DNA of 64,000 nt from Octopus vulgaris (Eukaryota), in the NCBI GenBank assembly GCA_951406725.2, contig OX597842.1:11036001-11100000 (forward strand). The letters are read 5' to 3'. Positions 1-12,000 of the stretch are shown here, in pieces. The translations under genes and the position numbers were made by a program. The notes under the pieces are model-generated. The model was not told the origin of the DNA. It made no database searches and saw only the letters and a list, made by a program, of their open reading frames with translations. Positions within the stretch are counted from its first letter, which is position 1. Each line of letters starts with the position of its first letter.

Positions 1-735
1 TGGTGGCTGTGGTAGTGGTGGTGGTGGTGGTGGCTGCGATGGTGGTAGTGGTGGTAGTGGTGGTAGTGGTGGTGGTGGTGGTGGTGATGGTGTCTGTGGA
101 AGTGGTGGTGGTGGTGTTGGCGGTGGCTGCGGTGGTAGTATTGGTGGTTGCGGCTGTGGTAGTGGTGGTGGTGGTGGTGGTGGTGGTGGTGGTGGTAGTG
201 GTGGCTGCGATTGTGGTAGTGGTGGTAGTGATGGTGGTGATGGTGGTGGTGATGGTGGTGGTGGTGTTGGCGGTGGATGTGGTGGTCGTATTGGTGGTGG
301 CGGCTGTGGTGGTGGTATTGATGGTGGCTGTGAAGGTGGTGGTGGTGGGTGTGGATGTGGTGCGTGTGGTGGTGGTGGCTGTGGTAATGGTAGTGGGTAT
401 GGTGGCGGTGGGGGTGGCGTGGGGGTGGCATGGGGCGTTGCTGTGGTGGCGTTGGCGATGGCTGCGGTGATGGTAGTAATAGAGGTGGTGGTGGTGACTG
501 TGGTGCTGGTATTGGTGGTGGTGGTGGTGGTAGTGGTGGTGGTGGTGGTGGTGGTGGTGGTGGTGGTGGTAGTGGTGGTGGTGGTAGTGGTGGTGGTGGT
601 AGTATTGGTTCTGCTATACATCGTGGTGATGGAAGTGGTTGGGATAGGCGTGATGGTGAACAAGGCGGTGACGTCTGTGGTGGTGGCCACGGCGGTACTA
701 ATACCGCTGCTACTCTTCGTGGTGGTGGTCGTGGT
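1..735. repeat. Degenerate (GGT)n microsatellite
   Basis: Direct reading. It produces the poly-Val and poly-Gly ORFs. Confidence 0.95.
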
Positions 736-805
736 TTTCGCCGGTCGCCTTGATGACAGAGATAGTGATTGATGAGTGGTGAGTGGTGATAAACGGGGTA
801 GTGGT

Positions 806-1272
806 CTGTGTGTGTATGTGTGTATGTATGTGCGTATGTGTGACTGTGTATGTGTGTGCATGCGTGTGTGTAAATGTGTATGTTTATATGTGAGTGTGTA
901 TGTATGTATGTGTGTGTGAGTATATGTGCGAGTGTATATGTGTATGTTTATATATGTGAGTGTATATAAGTGTGTGTTTGTATGTGTGAATGTATGTATG
1001 TATGTGTGTATGTTTGACTGAGTATGTGTGTGCATTCATGTGTGTGTGAGTATATGTGCGAGTGTATATGTGTATGTTTATATGTGAGTGTATATGAGTG
1101 TGTGTATGCATGTGTGTATGTATGTGTGTATGTATGTGTGTATGTATGAATGTATGTGTGTATGTATGGATGTGTGTATGTATGTATGTATGTATGTATG
1201 TATGTATATATGTATGTATGTATGTATGTATGTGTGTATGTATGTATGTATGTGTGTATGTATGGATGTGTG

Positions 1273-1303
<31 letters not shown>

Positions 1304-1857
1304 GTATGTATGTTTGTTTGTATGTATGTACGTATGTATGTGTGTATGTATGTATGTATGTATGTGTGTATGTATGGATGTGTGTATGTATGTATGTATG
1401 TTTGTATGTATGTATGTAAGTATGTATGTATGTATGTATGTTTGTATGTATGGATGTGTGTATGTATGTATGTATGTTTGTATGTATGGATGTGTGTATG
1501 TAATGTATGTATGTGTGTATGTATGTGTGTATGTATGTAATGTATGTATGTATGTATGTATGTATGTATGTATGTGTGTATGTATGTATGTGTGTATGTA
1601 TGTATGTATGTATGTATGTATGTATGTATGTATGTGTGTATGTATGTTTGTATGTATGTATGTGTGTATATGTGTGAATGTGTACGCATATGTGTAAGTA
1701 TGTGTGTGTACATGTGCGAATGTGTGCATGTGTGTATGTGTGTAATTGCGTATGTTTGAGTGTGTATGTGTGTGTATGTGTGTGTATGTGTGTGTATGTG
1801 TGTGTTTGTGTGTGTGTATGTGTATGTGTGTGTACATGTGCGTGTGTACGTGTGTGC
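806..1857. repeat. (TATG)n/(TG)n microsatellite
   Basis: Direct reading. Confidence 0.95.
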
Positions 1858-2235
1858 GATACTGAAAGGCAGGGGCCGATAAAGTATGTCCCAGCTGAGC
1901 ACCTGTGCGGCGGGAGGGGGGAGAGGTCAATGGAATCAAGTGGGCCCCTCCACCAAAATATTTGGGTTGTGGCGTAGGCAGTGGTCATGAAATCTTCGGC
2001 CGTTAGGTGGCGGACTAATTGCCGAATGATTTGTTCCGGTAAATGTGTATATACGAAACTATGGTGCGCGACTGAGCTTATTAAAGCTGCAAAATTATAG
2101 GAGTGGCTCGAGAACCGGGAGTTTCGTGCCATCTCATTCTTCAAACTACATCTTTCGAAAGAAAAATATCTATCCGTAAAGTGGTAATATTGTGATGGCA
2201 CCCACAGCGCGCCCTTGCGAGAGAGAATATAACAT

Positions 2236-2620
2236 TGTGGTGGTGGCTGTGGTGGTGGTGGTTGTGGTGGTGATGGTGGTGGTTGTAGTTGTGGTGGTGT
2301 TGGCGGCGGCGGTGATAGTTGCGGTAGTGATGGTGGTGACTGTGGTTGTGGTGGTTGGTGGTGATGTTGGTAGTGGTGGTTGTGGTGGGTGGTGGTGATG
2401 GTGATAGTGGTAGTGGTCGTGGTCGTGGTAGTGGTGGTGGTGGTGGTTGTGATGGTGGTTGTGGTGGTAGTGGTGGTTGTGGTGGGTGGTGGTGATGTTG
2501 ATAGTGGTGGTGGTGGTGGTGGTGGTGGTGTTGGTAGGTGGTGGTGATGGTCGTAGTGGTCGTGGTAGTGGTCGTGGTGGTGGTGGTGGTGGTGGTAGCC
2601 GTGGTGGTAGTGGTGGGGGT
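2236..2620. repeat. Degenerate (GGT)n microsatellite
   Basis: Direct reading. Confidence 0.95.
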
Positions 2621-2630
2621 GGGAGTAAAA

Positions 2631-2770
2631 TATAAATAGTTCGAGGTTCAGACTTCGTAGTCGAGTGAAGTTCGTGTTAGTTCGCAGTGAAGTCGGAAGG
2701 TGTCGCTTGGTTAGTAAACAACGAATTTTGATTGTTGATTCGTGTAGAGATTTGTTTATTGTACGTAAGA
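2631..2770 (+). promoter_or_regulatory. Candidate Pol II core promoter and short non-coding first exon
   Basis: TATAAATA at 2631-2638. Inr-like TAGTC has its A at 2659, 28 nt after the first T of the TATA box. A CpG-containing leader without ATG follows, then a donor-like AC|GTAAGA at 2765-2770. Motif inference only. Confidence 0.35.
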
Positions 2771-2789
2771 AATTACGATGCAACATATA

Positions 2790-3021
2790 TATTCTTTTAT
2801 TCTTTTATTCTTTCACGTGTTTCTGTCATTTGACTGTGGCCATGCGGTAGCAAAAACCTTTAGTCGAAGAAATCGAACCCAGGACTTATTCTTTTAAGTC
2901 TCTTTCGCCGAGCTGCTAGGTTACGGGGACATAAACACACCAACATCGGTTGTCAAGCGATGGTGAGATGACAAACACAGACACACAAACACATACATAT
3001 GCATACACATATATATATATT

Positions 3022-3079
<58 letters not shown>

Positions 3080-3226
3080 CGACGAGCTTCTTTAAGTTTC
3101 CGTCTACGAAATACACTCACACAGCTTTGGTCGGCCCGAGGCTATAGCAGAAGACAAATGCCAAGGTGCCACGCACTGGGAACGAACCCGGAATCATGTG
3201 GTTGGGGAGCAAGTGTCTTACCACGC
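2790..3226 (-). mobile_element. SINE family A (tRNA-like head, CORE-like CCTTGGGCAAGT box in other copies, internal TA/TG tract, (AAAAGAGT)n tail)
   Basis: Matches about 10 other copies in the window, e.g. 7184-7710 and 38731-39140. The head is truncated where it abuts SINE B. Confidence 0.85.
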
Positions 3227-3227
3227 A

Positions 3228-3918
3228 ACTGGTACTTAATTTATCGAATTCGAATGTATGAAAGGCAAACGCGACCTCGGCGGAATTTGAACTCAGAACG
3301 TAGCGGCTGACGAAATACTGCTAAGCATTTCACCCGGCGTGCTAACGTTTCTTACATCTTTATTGCCCATAAGGGGCTAAACATTGAGGGGACAAACAAG
3401 GACAGGCAAAGTGATCAAGTCGATATCCACCTCGAAAGGATGAAAGGCAAGGTCGACCTCGGCGGAATTTGAACTCAGAACGTAGCGGTAGACGAAATAC
3501 TTATTTCTTTATTACCAACAAGGGGCTAAACACAGAGGGGACAAACAAGGATAGACATAGGTATTAAGTCGATTACATCGACCCCAGTGCGTAACTGGTA
3601 CTTACTTTATCGACCCCGAAAGGATGAAAGGCAAAGTCTACCTCGGCGGAATTTGAACTTAGAACGTAACGGCAGACGAAATACCTATTTCTTTACTACC
3701 TGCAAGGGGATAAACACAGAGGGGACAAACAAGAATAGACATAGGTATTAATTCGATTACATCGACCCCAGTGCGTAACTGGTACTTAATTTATCGACCC
3801 CGAAAGGATGAAAGGCAAAGTCGACCTCGGCGGAATTTGAACTCAGAACGTAGCGGCAGACGAAATACCACTGAGTATTTCGCCCGGCGTGCTAACGTTT
3901 CTGGCAGCCCGTCTCCTT
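3228..3918 (-). mobile_element. SINE family B tandem array (about 4 body units, one head)
   Basis: Repeated GCCTTTCATCCTTTCGGGGTCGATAAATTAAGTACCAG core on the minus strand, resembling the Nin/Deu-type SINE domain. Full unit is about 185 bp. Confidence 0.85.
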
Positions 3919-4450
3919 GGATATGGAGAAAATATTAATAAAATGATATTCCTTTTTCCATCGCAGTTAGTTAATACGAAAGTATATTATGATAAGCAAA
4001 TCATTTCAAAATCCGATGATATGTATTAAAAAAACAGATTACCACAATCCGTTTACTTCAAAATATCTTATCATATGTATTCCGAAATATCACATGATAT
4101 TCAAAATACATTACTACAATGAAATCATTTCAAAATTACGTTTTCCAAAATACATGTTTACATTAAAATCATATGAAAATACATTATTCAGTACTTAAAA
4201 ATAAAATAAAAAAACATAAATATTTAAATATTCAATGGTGCATAATTACGAACTGGTTTCACTTCTTTTAGCAGATATTCATTGCGATGCACGCGAGTAA
4301 TTACTTTCTACGTAATTTCGTTTGATACTGTGTTGACTGTGGGTAGCCACGTAAGAGACGTGTGTGTACAGGAAGTAGCACTGTTATATATATGTGTGTC
4401 TGTGGTGTGCGCGTGTGCGCGTATGAGTATGCGTGCACGCGTGTAAATAT

Positions 4451-4615
4451 ATACTCTTTTACTCTTCTACTTGTTTCAGTCATTTGACTCTGGCCCTGCT
4501 AGCGCACCGCCTTTAGCCGAACAAATCGACCCCAAGACATATTATTTGTAAGCCTAGTACTTATTCTATCGGTCTCTTTTGTTTACGGGGACGTAAACAC
4601 AGACACACAACCATA
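4451..4615 (-). mobile_element. SINE family A tail fragment
   Basis: CTCTTTTACTCTT...CAGTCATTTGACT tail, shared with other copies. Confidence 0.8.
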
Positions 4616-4681
4616 TACACATACATACATGCATACATACATACATACATACATACATACATACATACATACATACATACA

Positions 4682-4708
<27 letters not shown>

Positions 4709-4714
<6 letters not shown>

Positions 4715-5041
4715 GAAAGAATGGAGTTGAACGACGAATTAACAAAATTCCTTTATTTTCGATATATGTTTCGAAGGCTGTATATTCCTAATTCCTTCGC
4801 AATTAGGAATATGCAGCCTTCGAAACATATGTCGAAGATAAAGGAATTTTGTTAATTCGTCGTTCAGCTCCATTCTTTCATATATTTATATTTTTAAAAT
4901 AAACATACACATTTCCACAAGAAAGCACGTAATCTATGCCCTAGGCACGTAACTTCAACCGTGTTTTTTCTGATGTGAATTTGCTACCCAGGTATCGGTT
5001 AATTCGAATTATCCATAATAAGATATTTCATTCAACTACTC
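4709..5041. mobile_element. Short Penelope-like element remnant with an 83-bp inverted repeat
   Basis: Arms 4711-4793 and 4801-4883 (4 mismatches, 7-nt loop). Homologous to 32859-33338. Carries only the hammerhead 3' half, GAAAC-ATAT-GTC. Confidence 0.7.
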
Positions 5042-5067
5042 ATATATACATACATACATACATACAT

Positions 5068-5400
5068 GGTGGCTGCCCCCTCGTTCTCGAGTATGGCCAT
5101 TGCACGAAGCTTAATCAATGTTGTTATCGTGCAATGCCTGTGCAAGAAGATTTCTTTTAAAGTGAGGAACGGCTGTGCACTGAGTCAATCCCACTCACTA
5201 AGCAACAGCAGCCATGATCCGAAAAGAAGAACAAGTCAACATCATCGGTAACCACTGAGCCGCAGGTTTTATGTCGGAGTTATCCCAGTTACCTGAGTTA
5301 CCTTCTCCTAGAAGGATGCCCTAAGAAAGGCTAGAAGTCCTTCACTCCCAATGGTTTAACCGCGCGATCGGGTATTCAGTCCGATTATTTCTATGTCCCC
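5068..5400 (-). mobile_element. Bipartite non-autonomous RTE-derived element
   Basis: The minus-strand 3' end CAATGGCCATACTCGAGAACGAGGGGGCAGCC resembles an RTE 3' hairpin tail (compare 32101-32133). CCTTCTCCTAG...AAGGCT at 5301-5332 resembles the RTE 5'-UTR motif. Confidence 0.55.
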
Positions 5401-5410
5401 GCGCATGAAA

Positions 5411-5873
5411 TACATACACACATACATACATACATACATACATACATACATACATACATAAATACATACATACATACATACATACATGCATACATACATA
5501 CATACATACATAAATACATACATACATACATACATACATACATAAATACATACATACATACATACATAAATACATACATACATACATACATACATACAAA
5601 CATACATACACACATGCATACATACAAACATACATACATACGTAATACATACATATATACATACATACATAAATACATACATACACACATACATACATAC
5701 ATATATATATATACATACATAAATACATACACACATACATACATACATACATACATACATACATACATACATACATACATACATACATACACACATACAT
5801 ACATACATACAAACATACATACATACAAACATACATACATACGTACATACATACATACATATATATATACATA
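5411..5873. repeat. (CATA)n microsatellite
   Basis: Direct reading. Confidence 0.95.
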
Positions 5874-5887
5874 TAACTTATTGGAAG

Positions 5888-6017
5888 TGTTTTCATATGG
5901 AGCAAGGTGAAATGAAGTGTTTTGCTCAAGAACACAACGCGTCGCCCGGTCCAGCAATCGAAACCGCAATCTTACGATCATGGTGCTGACACCCTAACCA
6001 CTAAACCACGCGCTTCC
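5888..6017 (-). mobile_element. SINE family D head fragment (tRNA-like head plus TGTTCTTGAGCAA box)
   Basis: A-box TAGTGGTTAG and B-box TTTCGATT on the minus strand. Homologous to 6870-7075, 33853-34200 and 55125-55365. Confidence 0.75.
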
Positions 6018-6390
6018 GCATACACACACACACACACACACACACATACATACACACACACACATAAATGAAATAACCCCCTGAAACTGAGTTGCAAGCA
6101 AATGCTCATCGTTGATGTTGACGGAGGATCTTTTGTTTGGTAAGCTTTTGCTTTTATTTACTGCATTGTAGTAGTAGTAGTAGGAGGAGGAGGAGGAGGT
6201 GGAGGAGGAACACCAAGTGCAGCAGCAGAAGCAGTGATGATGTTGATTGAGGTGGTGATGGTGGTGGTAGTGTTTTGGGGGTGGGGGGAGGTGCGTCAGT
6301 TAATGATGGAGTTTTAAATTAAAGAATTATTTGTCTTCCGCAGCTAATGATGAAAATGTCAGAAATTATAGTAAATTGATGGACGACTAT

Positions 6391-6638
6391 GAAGGAGGAA
6401 GAAGAAGAAGAAGAAGAAGAAGAAGAAGGAGAAGAAGAAGAAGAAGAAGAAGGAGAAGAAGAAGGAGAAGAAGAAGAGGAGGGACAAGAAGAAGAAGAAG
6501 AAGAAGAAGAAGAAGGAGAAGAAGAAGAAGAAGAAGAAGAAGAAGAAGAACACGAAGAAGAAGGAGGAGGAGAAGAACACGAAGAAGAAGAAGGAGGAGG
6601 AGGAGAAGAAGAAGAAGAAGAAGAAGAAGAAGAAGAAA

Positions 6639-6672
<34 letters not shown>

Positions 6673-6840
6673 AGAAGATGGAGTGAAGAAGAAGAAGTAG
6701 AAGAAGCAAAGCAAAGGAAGAAGAAGGAAAAGAAGAAGAAGAAGAATGAGAAGAAGAAGAAGAAGAAGAAGAAGAAAGAAGAAGAAGAAGAAGAAGAATG
6801 AGAAGAAGAAGAAGAAGAAGAAGATGATGATGATGATGAG
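6391..6840. repeat. (GAA)n polypurine microsatellite
   Basis: Direct reading. Confidence 0.95.
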
Positions 6841-6869
6841 TAATGAGTGTGCCTGATATTCTTGTAGAA

Positions 6870-7075
6870 GGACATGGCTTAGTGGTTAGGACGTTAGACC
6901 AATGATCGTAAGATTGTGGTTTCGATTCCTGGACCAAGCGTTGCGTTGTGTTCTTGAGCTAAATACTTCATTTCATGTTGTTCCAGGCCACTCTACTCAT
7001 AAAAACTAGCAATCTTGCAACGAACTGGTGTCTTGTCCAGGGAAGAATATATACCCCAGATAAACCGGACACCGA
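6870..7075 (+). mobile_element. SINE family D
   Basis: GGCTTAGTGGTTAG...GGTTTCGATTCC head followed by TTGTGTTCTTGAGC. Confidence 0.75.
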
Positions 7076-7183
7076 CTCTTTGCCCCTTACGGAGTAATGT
7101 GGACGAGTAATGATACTGTTAGCAGTTTTGTTCAAATCGGTGAAATTGAATGTTTTCAAAATTTAAAACATTTTTGTACACAG

Positions 7184-7710
7184 TGGCGCAGGAGTGGCTG
7201 TGTGGTAAGTAGCTTGCTAACCAACCACATGGTTCCGGGTTCAGTCCCACTGCGTGGCATCTTGGGCAAGTGTCTTCTGCTATAACCCCGGGCCGACCAA
7301 TGCCTTGTGAGTGGATTTGGTAGACAGAAACTGAAAGAAGCCTGTCGTATATATATATATATATATATGTATGTGTCTGTGTTTGTCCCCCTAAGAATAA
7401 GTCCTGGGGTCTGTGTGGATTTGGTAGACGGAAACTGAAAGAAGCCTGTCGTATATATATATATGAATATATATATATGTATGTGTGTGTGTTTGTGTGT
7501 CTGTGTTTGTTCCCCTAGCATTGCTTGACAACCGATGCTGGTGTGTATACGTCCCCGTCACTTAGCGGTTCGGCAAAAAGAGACCGATAGAATAAGTACT
7601 GGGCTTACAAAAAAGAATAAGTTCCGGGGTCGAGTTGCTCGACTAAAGGCGGTGCTCCAGCATGGCCACAGTCAAATGACTGAAACAAGTAAAAGAGTAA
7701 AAGAAAAAAG
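7184..7710 (+). mobile_element. SINE family A, full length with an internal partial duplication
   Basis: GGCGCAGGAGTGGCTGTGTGGTAAG head through the AAAAGAGT tail. Segment 7414-7460 repeats 7312-7350. Confidence 0.9.
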
Positions 7711-7977
7711 AGTGGGAAGGCGATACTTAAGAAAAAATCCTCACCAAGACAACATTGAACGAGGACAATTCATTTAAAACATTAGATTAATATTACATAA
7801 AGTATAAATGAGGTGAATTATTTAGGCGAGAGAAGAGGTTGGCAAAATGAAAGCCAATTACACTATCTTTATTTCTGTTATCGTGTCTATCTTCATCTCT
7901 AGTCATGACCGTTAAATAATGACCGGAAATGTACGATCGTTAATAGAAACGGCCGGAATGGGGCTCAACCGTAGGAT

Positions 7978-8025
7978 ATCTGGAGTAACATCTGGAGTAA
8001 CATCTGGAGTAACATCTGGAGTAAC
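7978..8025. repeat. 12-bp tandem repeat (ATCTGGAGTAAC)x4
   Basis: Four exact copies. Confidence 0.95.
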
Positions 8026-8174
8026 TCGAGATAATGTTTAGCTCGAAGTCTGGAGAGTCTCTCGAGGTCGAATCGATTTTTCCTTTGTATTGAGAGGTCA
8101 CAGATCCGGTTATATGGATTTGCGATTAGAATGTTACAGAGAAGAATTAAAAGAATAAGACCCTCCCAAAATAT

Positions 8175-8740
8175 TATTTACTCAAGGCACAAGGCTCGAA
8201 ATGTTTGAGGATGGGGCCAGTCGATTGGATCAACCCCAGTACGCAATTGGTACTAAATTCATCAACCCCGAAAAGGATGAAATGCAAAGTCAACCCCGAC
8301 GGAATGTGAACTCCGAACGTAAAGACAGACGAAACACCCATTTCTTTACTACCCACAGAGAGGACAAACAAGGACAGACAAACGGATCAAGTCGATTACA
8401 TCGCCTCCAGTGTGTAACTGGTACTTATTTAATCGACCCCGAAAGGATGAAAGGCAAAGTCGACTTCGGCGGAATTTGAACTCGCAACGTAACAGCAAAC
8501 GAAATACCTGTTTCTTTATTACCCACAAGGGGCTAAACACAGAGGAGACAAACAAGGACAGACAAACGGATTAAGTCGATTACATCGACCCCAGTACGCA
8601 ACTGGTACTTAATTTATCGACCCCGAAAGGATGAAAGGCAAAGTCGACCTCGGCGGAATTTGAACTCAGAGCGTAACGGCGGACGAAATACCGCTAAGCA
8701 TTTCGCCCGGCCTGCTAACGTTTCTGCCGGCTCGCCGCCG
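8175..8740 (-). mobile_element. SINE family B tandem array (3 units)
   Basis: Same core as 3228-3918. Head GGCGGCGAGCCGGCAGAAACG at the right end. Confidence 0.85.
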
Positions 8741-8803
8741 TGATCATCCCTAAATATTACTGTAATAAATGTCCTTTCATATTTTTTCGTTATAACTAAA
8801 ATT

Positions 8804-10325
8804 GAAAATACTCAAAAATCTATCTATTTTCAATTTTAGTGATAAGATTAATTATCACCAAAATTACAATTTAAAAATTGAATATCATAATTTTATATAA
8901 TCAAAATAATTATATAATTGCAATTTAACTAAAATTGAAAATTATAACCCCTAAGATTTGTAAAAAAAAAGCGCCATTTTACAGTTTACACTGAGTGTGT
9001 TCGTTAGCTTTCTTCTTTAATAAATATTTTTCTGAGTGTAAATAGAAAATACTCAAAAATCTATCTATTTTCAATTTTAGTGATAAGATTAATTGCCACC
9101 AAAATTACAATTTTAGTGATAAGATTAATTGCCACCAAAATTACAATTTAAAAATTGAACATCATAATTTTATATAATCAAAATAATTATATAATTGCAA
9201 TTTAACTAAAATTGAAAATTATAACCCCTAAGATTTGTAAAAAAAAGCGCCATTTTACAGTTTACACTGAGTGTGTTCGTTAGCTTTCTTCTTTAATAAA
9301 TATTTTTCTGAGTGTAAATAGAAAATACTCAAAAATCTATCTATTTTCAATTTTAGTGATAAGATTAATTGCCACCAAAATTACAATTTTAGTGATAAGA
9401 TTAATTGCCACCAAAATTACAATTTAAAAATTGAACATCATAATTTTATATAATCAAAATAATTATATAATTGCAATTTAACTAAAATTGAAAATTATAA
9501 CCCCTAAGATTTGTATAAAAAAAGCGCCATTTTACAGTTTACACTGAGTGTGTTCGTTAGCTTTCTTCTTTAATAAATATTTTTCTGAGTGTAAATAGAA
9601 AATACTCAAAAATCTATCTATTTTCAATTTTAGTGATAAGATTAATTGCCACCAAAATTACAATTTAAAAATTGAATATCATAATTTTATATAATTAAAA
9701 TAATTATATAATTCCAATTTAACTAAAATTGAAAATTATAACCCCTAAGATTTGTAAAAAAGCGCCATTTTACAGTTTACACTAAGCGTGTTCGTTAGCT
9801 TTCTTCTTTTATAAATATTTTTCTAAGAGTAAACAGAAAATACTCAAAAATCTATCTATCTTCAATTTTAGTGATAAGATTAATTGCCACCAAAATTACA
9901 ATTTAAAAATTGAACATCATAATTTTATATAATCAAAATAATTATATAATTGCAATTTAACTAAAATTGAAAATTATAACCCCTAAGATTTGTATAAAAA
10001 AAGCGCCATTTTACAGTTTACACTGAGTGTGTTCGTTAGCTTTCTTCTTTAATAAATATTTTTCTGAGTGTAAATAGAAAATACTCAAAAATCTATCTAT
10101 TTTCAATTTTAGTGATAAGATTAATTGCCACCAAAATTACAATTTAAAAATTGAATATCATAATTTTATATGATTAAAATAATTATATAATTGCAATTTA
10201 ACTAAAATTGAAAATTATAACCCCTAAGATTTGTAAAAAAGCGCCATTTTACAGTTTACACTGAGTGTGTTCATTAGCTTTCTTCTTTTATAAATATTTT
10301 TCTAAGTGTAAACAGAAAATACTTC
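8804..10325. repeat. AT-rich minisatellite, 6 units of 238-277 bp
   Basis: GAAAATACT starts at 8804, 9045, 9321, 9598, 9836, 10077 and 10315. Confidence 0.95.
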
Positions 10326-10755
10326 GTTATTAGATAATGGAAACTCTTAGGAAATTAATATTCCTTTGTTTTTATATTTTTTTATTTGTTTTCCATGTTG
10401 TGCTCTTTTGAATTACGTATATTCTACATGAATTTAATGTTGTAACGCAATATCTGTGATTTAAAATATTGGGATAATGAGATTTGTTAAGAACATAAAA
10501 TTAGAAAAATAATATATTATTAAAAATCAGACGGAATTGTTTTCGTTGAAATACAAAGAAGTTTTTAAATAAAAAAAAGAAAATATTGACATAAATTTCA
10601 AAACTTTGCAGTAAAAAGTAAACAATAAACAAATAAATATAATATAACAAACAATACACACACGATTTAATGAAAAATTACGGAAATTCATTTCCCGAAT
10701 TCTAACTTCAGCAGAAATATTTTCAGTGTCTTTTGGTCCCCTCTTGTATTTTCCA

Positions 10756-10995
10756 GGCTAAATTGGCGCTGCTGTTGTTGTTGTCGTTGTTAAGCAACAA
10801 GATGTGTAAGGTTTATTAGGTGATGGTCTAGAGCTTAAGGGCGGGAGACCCCAGACCTTGGGGAAAAAAAAAGAAAACTTTGGTCGTCTTGTTGTGGGCC
10901 TCGAGGTCGCTGGAAATGGAGATCTCCGGGTCCAAATTCTTGGACGGCGGCTCCTGCTGCTGCTTCTACTACTACTACTACTGCTACTACTACTA

Positions 10996-11049
<54 letters not shown>

Positions 11050-11560
11050 TTGTTGTTGTTAAGAAACAAGACGGGTAAGGGTGATTAGGTGATGGTCTAG
11101 GGTTTAGGGGCGGGAGACCCCAGACTCTGGGAAAAAAAAGAAAACTTTGGTGGTCTTGTTGTAGTCGAGGGCTCTTCGTTGACGCCCGACTCCACTGGGA
11201 GGTGGCCTTCGAAGTCGCTGGAAATGGAGATCTCCAGGTCCAAATACTTGAACGGCTGCTGTTGCTGCTGCTTCTACTACTACTACTACTACTTCTACTG
11301 CTACTACTACTACTACTGCCACTGCTGCTGTTGTTGTTGTTGTTGTTGTTAAGCAGCAAGACGGGTAAGGGTGATTGGGCGATGGTCTAGGGCTTAGGGG
11401 CGGGAGACCCCCAGACCCTGGGAAAAAAAAAAGAAAACTTTGGTAGTCTTGTTGTAGTCGAGGGCTCTTCGTTGACGCCCGACTCCACTGGGAGGTGGCC
11501 TTCGAAGTCGCTGTAAATGGAGATCTCCGGGTCCAAATTCTGGAACGGCTAAATTGGCGC
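10756..11560. repeat. Three tandem copies of a GC-rich unit of about 200-290 bp, separated by CTG/CTA/GTT triplet tracts
   Basis: GGGCGGGAGACCCC...GGAGATCTCC(A/G)GGTCCAAAT occurs three times. The array is bounded by GGCTAAATTGGCGC at 10756-10769 and 11547-11560. Confidence 0.85.
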
Positions 11561-11673
11561 CTGTTCTGTACGGTTCCAGCATCATTAAGTATATTCTAGG
11601 ATTCTACGCCCCCCCCCTTTTTATTCCAGTCCACTTCCTTCCTGGCAGCGCTTGTTCTTATTTCTTCAAGCCA

Positions 11674-12000
11674 TTAACCATCCACCGTGGAATATAAGCC
11701 ACTTATAGTTGAATTCCATGTCGCATAATTTTTCGCTTCTGTATTTATACTCTGCCATGAATGTCCCCCTTTCTCTAATTCCTTCTGAGTTGATCTCCGC
11801 CACGAGTTCTTGTACCTACCTTTCTTTCTATATCCAACCGGTTTCCACTTTAAAGCACTTTTCGCTACATTTGCTGTGTCTTTTCTAATTGTGCTACCAA
11901 ACCACTTCCACTTTTCCTTAAATATTTTCTCCCTAATCGAAACTTCATTTGTTCTTTGCCATAGCTCCATATTGCTTGTGTTTGGGCCATCTAATTTTAA
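11674..12000 (-). pseudogene. RTE-clade LINE ORF C-terminal fragment
   Basis: ELWQRT...KWKWFGSTIRK...ALKWKPVGYRKKGR..NSWRRS..KEL...W matches the RTE C-terminal pattern (WxWxGHxLR, WxPxGxRxxGRPxxxW). Confidence 0.85.

Noticed and set aside
3-2786. Long ORFs (poly-Val, Gly-rich, HTYI-repeat and the 612-aa ORF) as proteins
   Set aside because: They are translations of GGT and TATG microsatellites that lack stops in several frames on both strands. No domain is recognisable.
6319-6937. Poly-Glu, poly-Arg and poly-Ser ORFs
   Set aside because: (GAA)n tract open in all frames.
8804-10325. CRISPR-like array (also considered for 18962-19615 and 61500-63486)
   Set aside because: Whole units are repeated with no unique spacers, there are no cas genes, and the context is eukaryotic.
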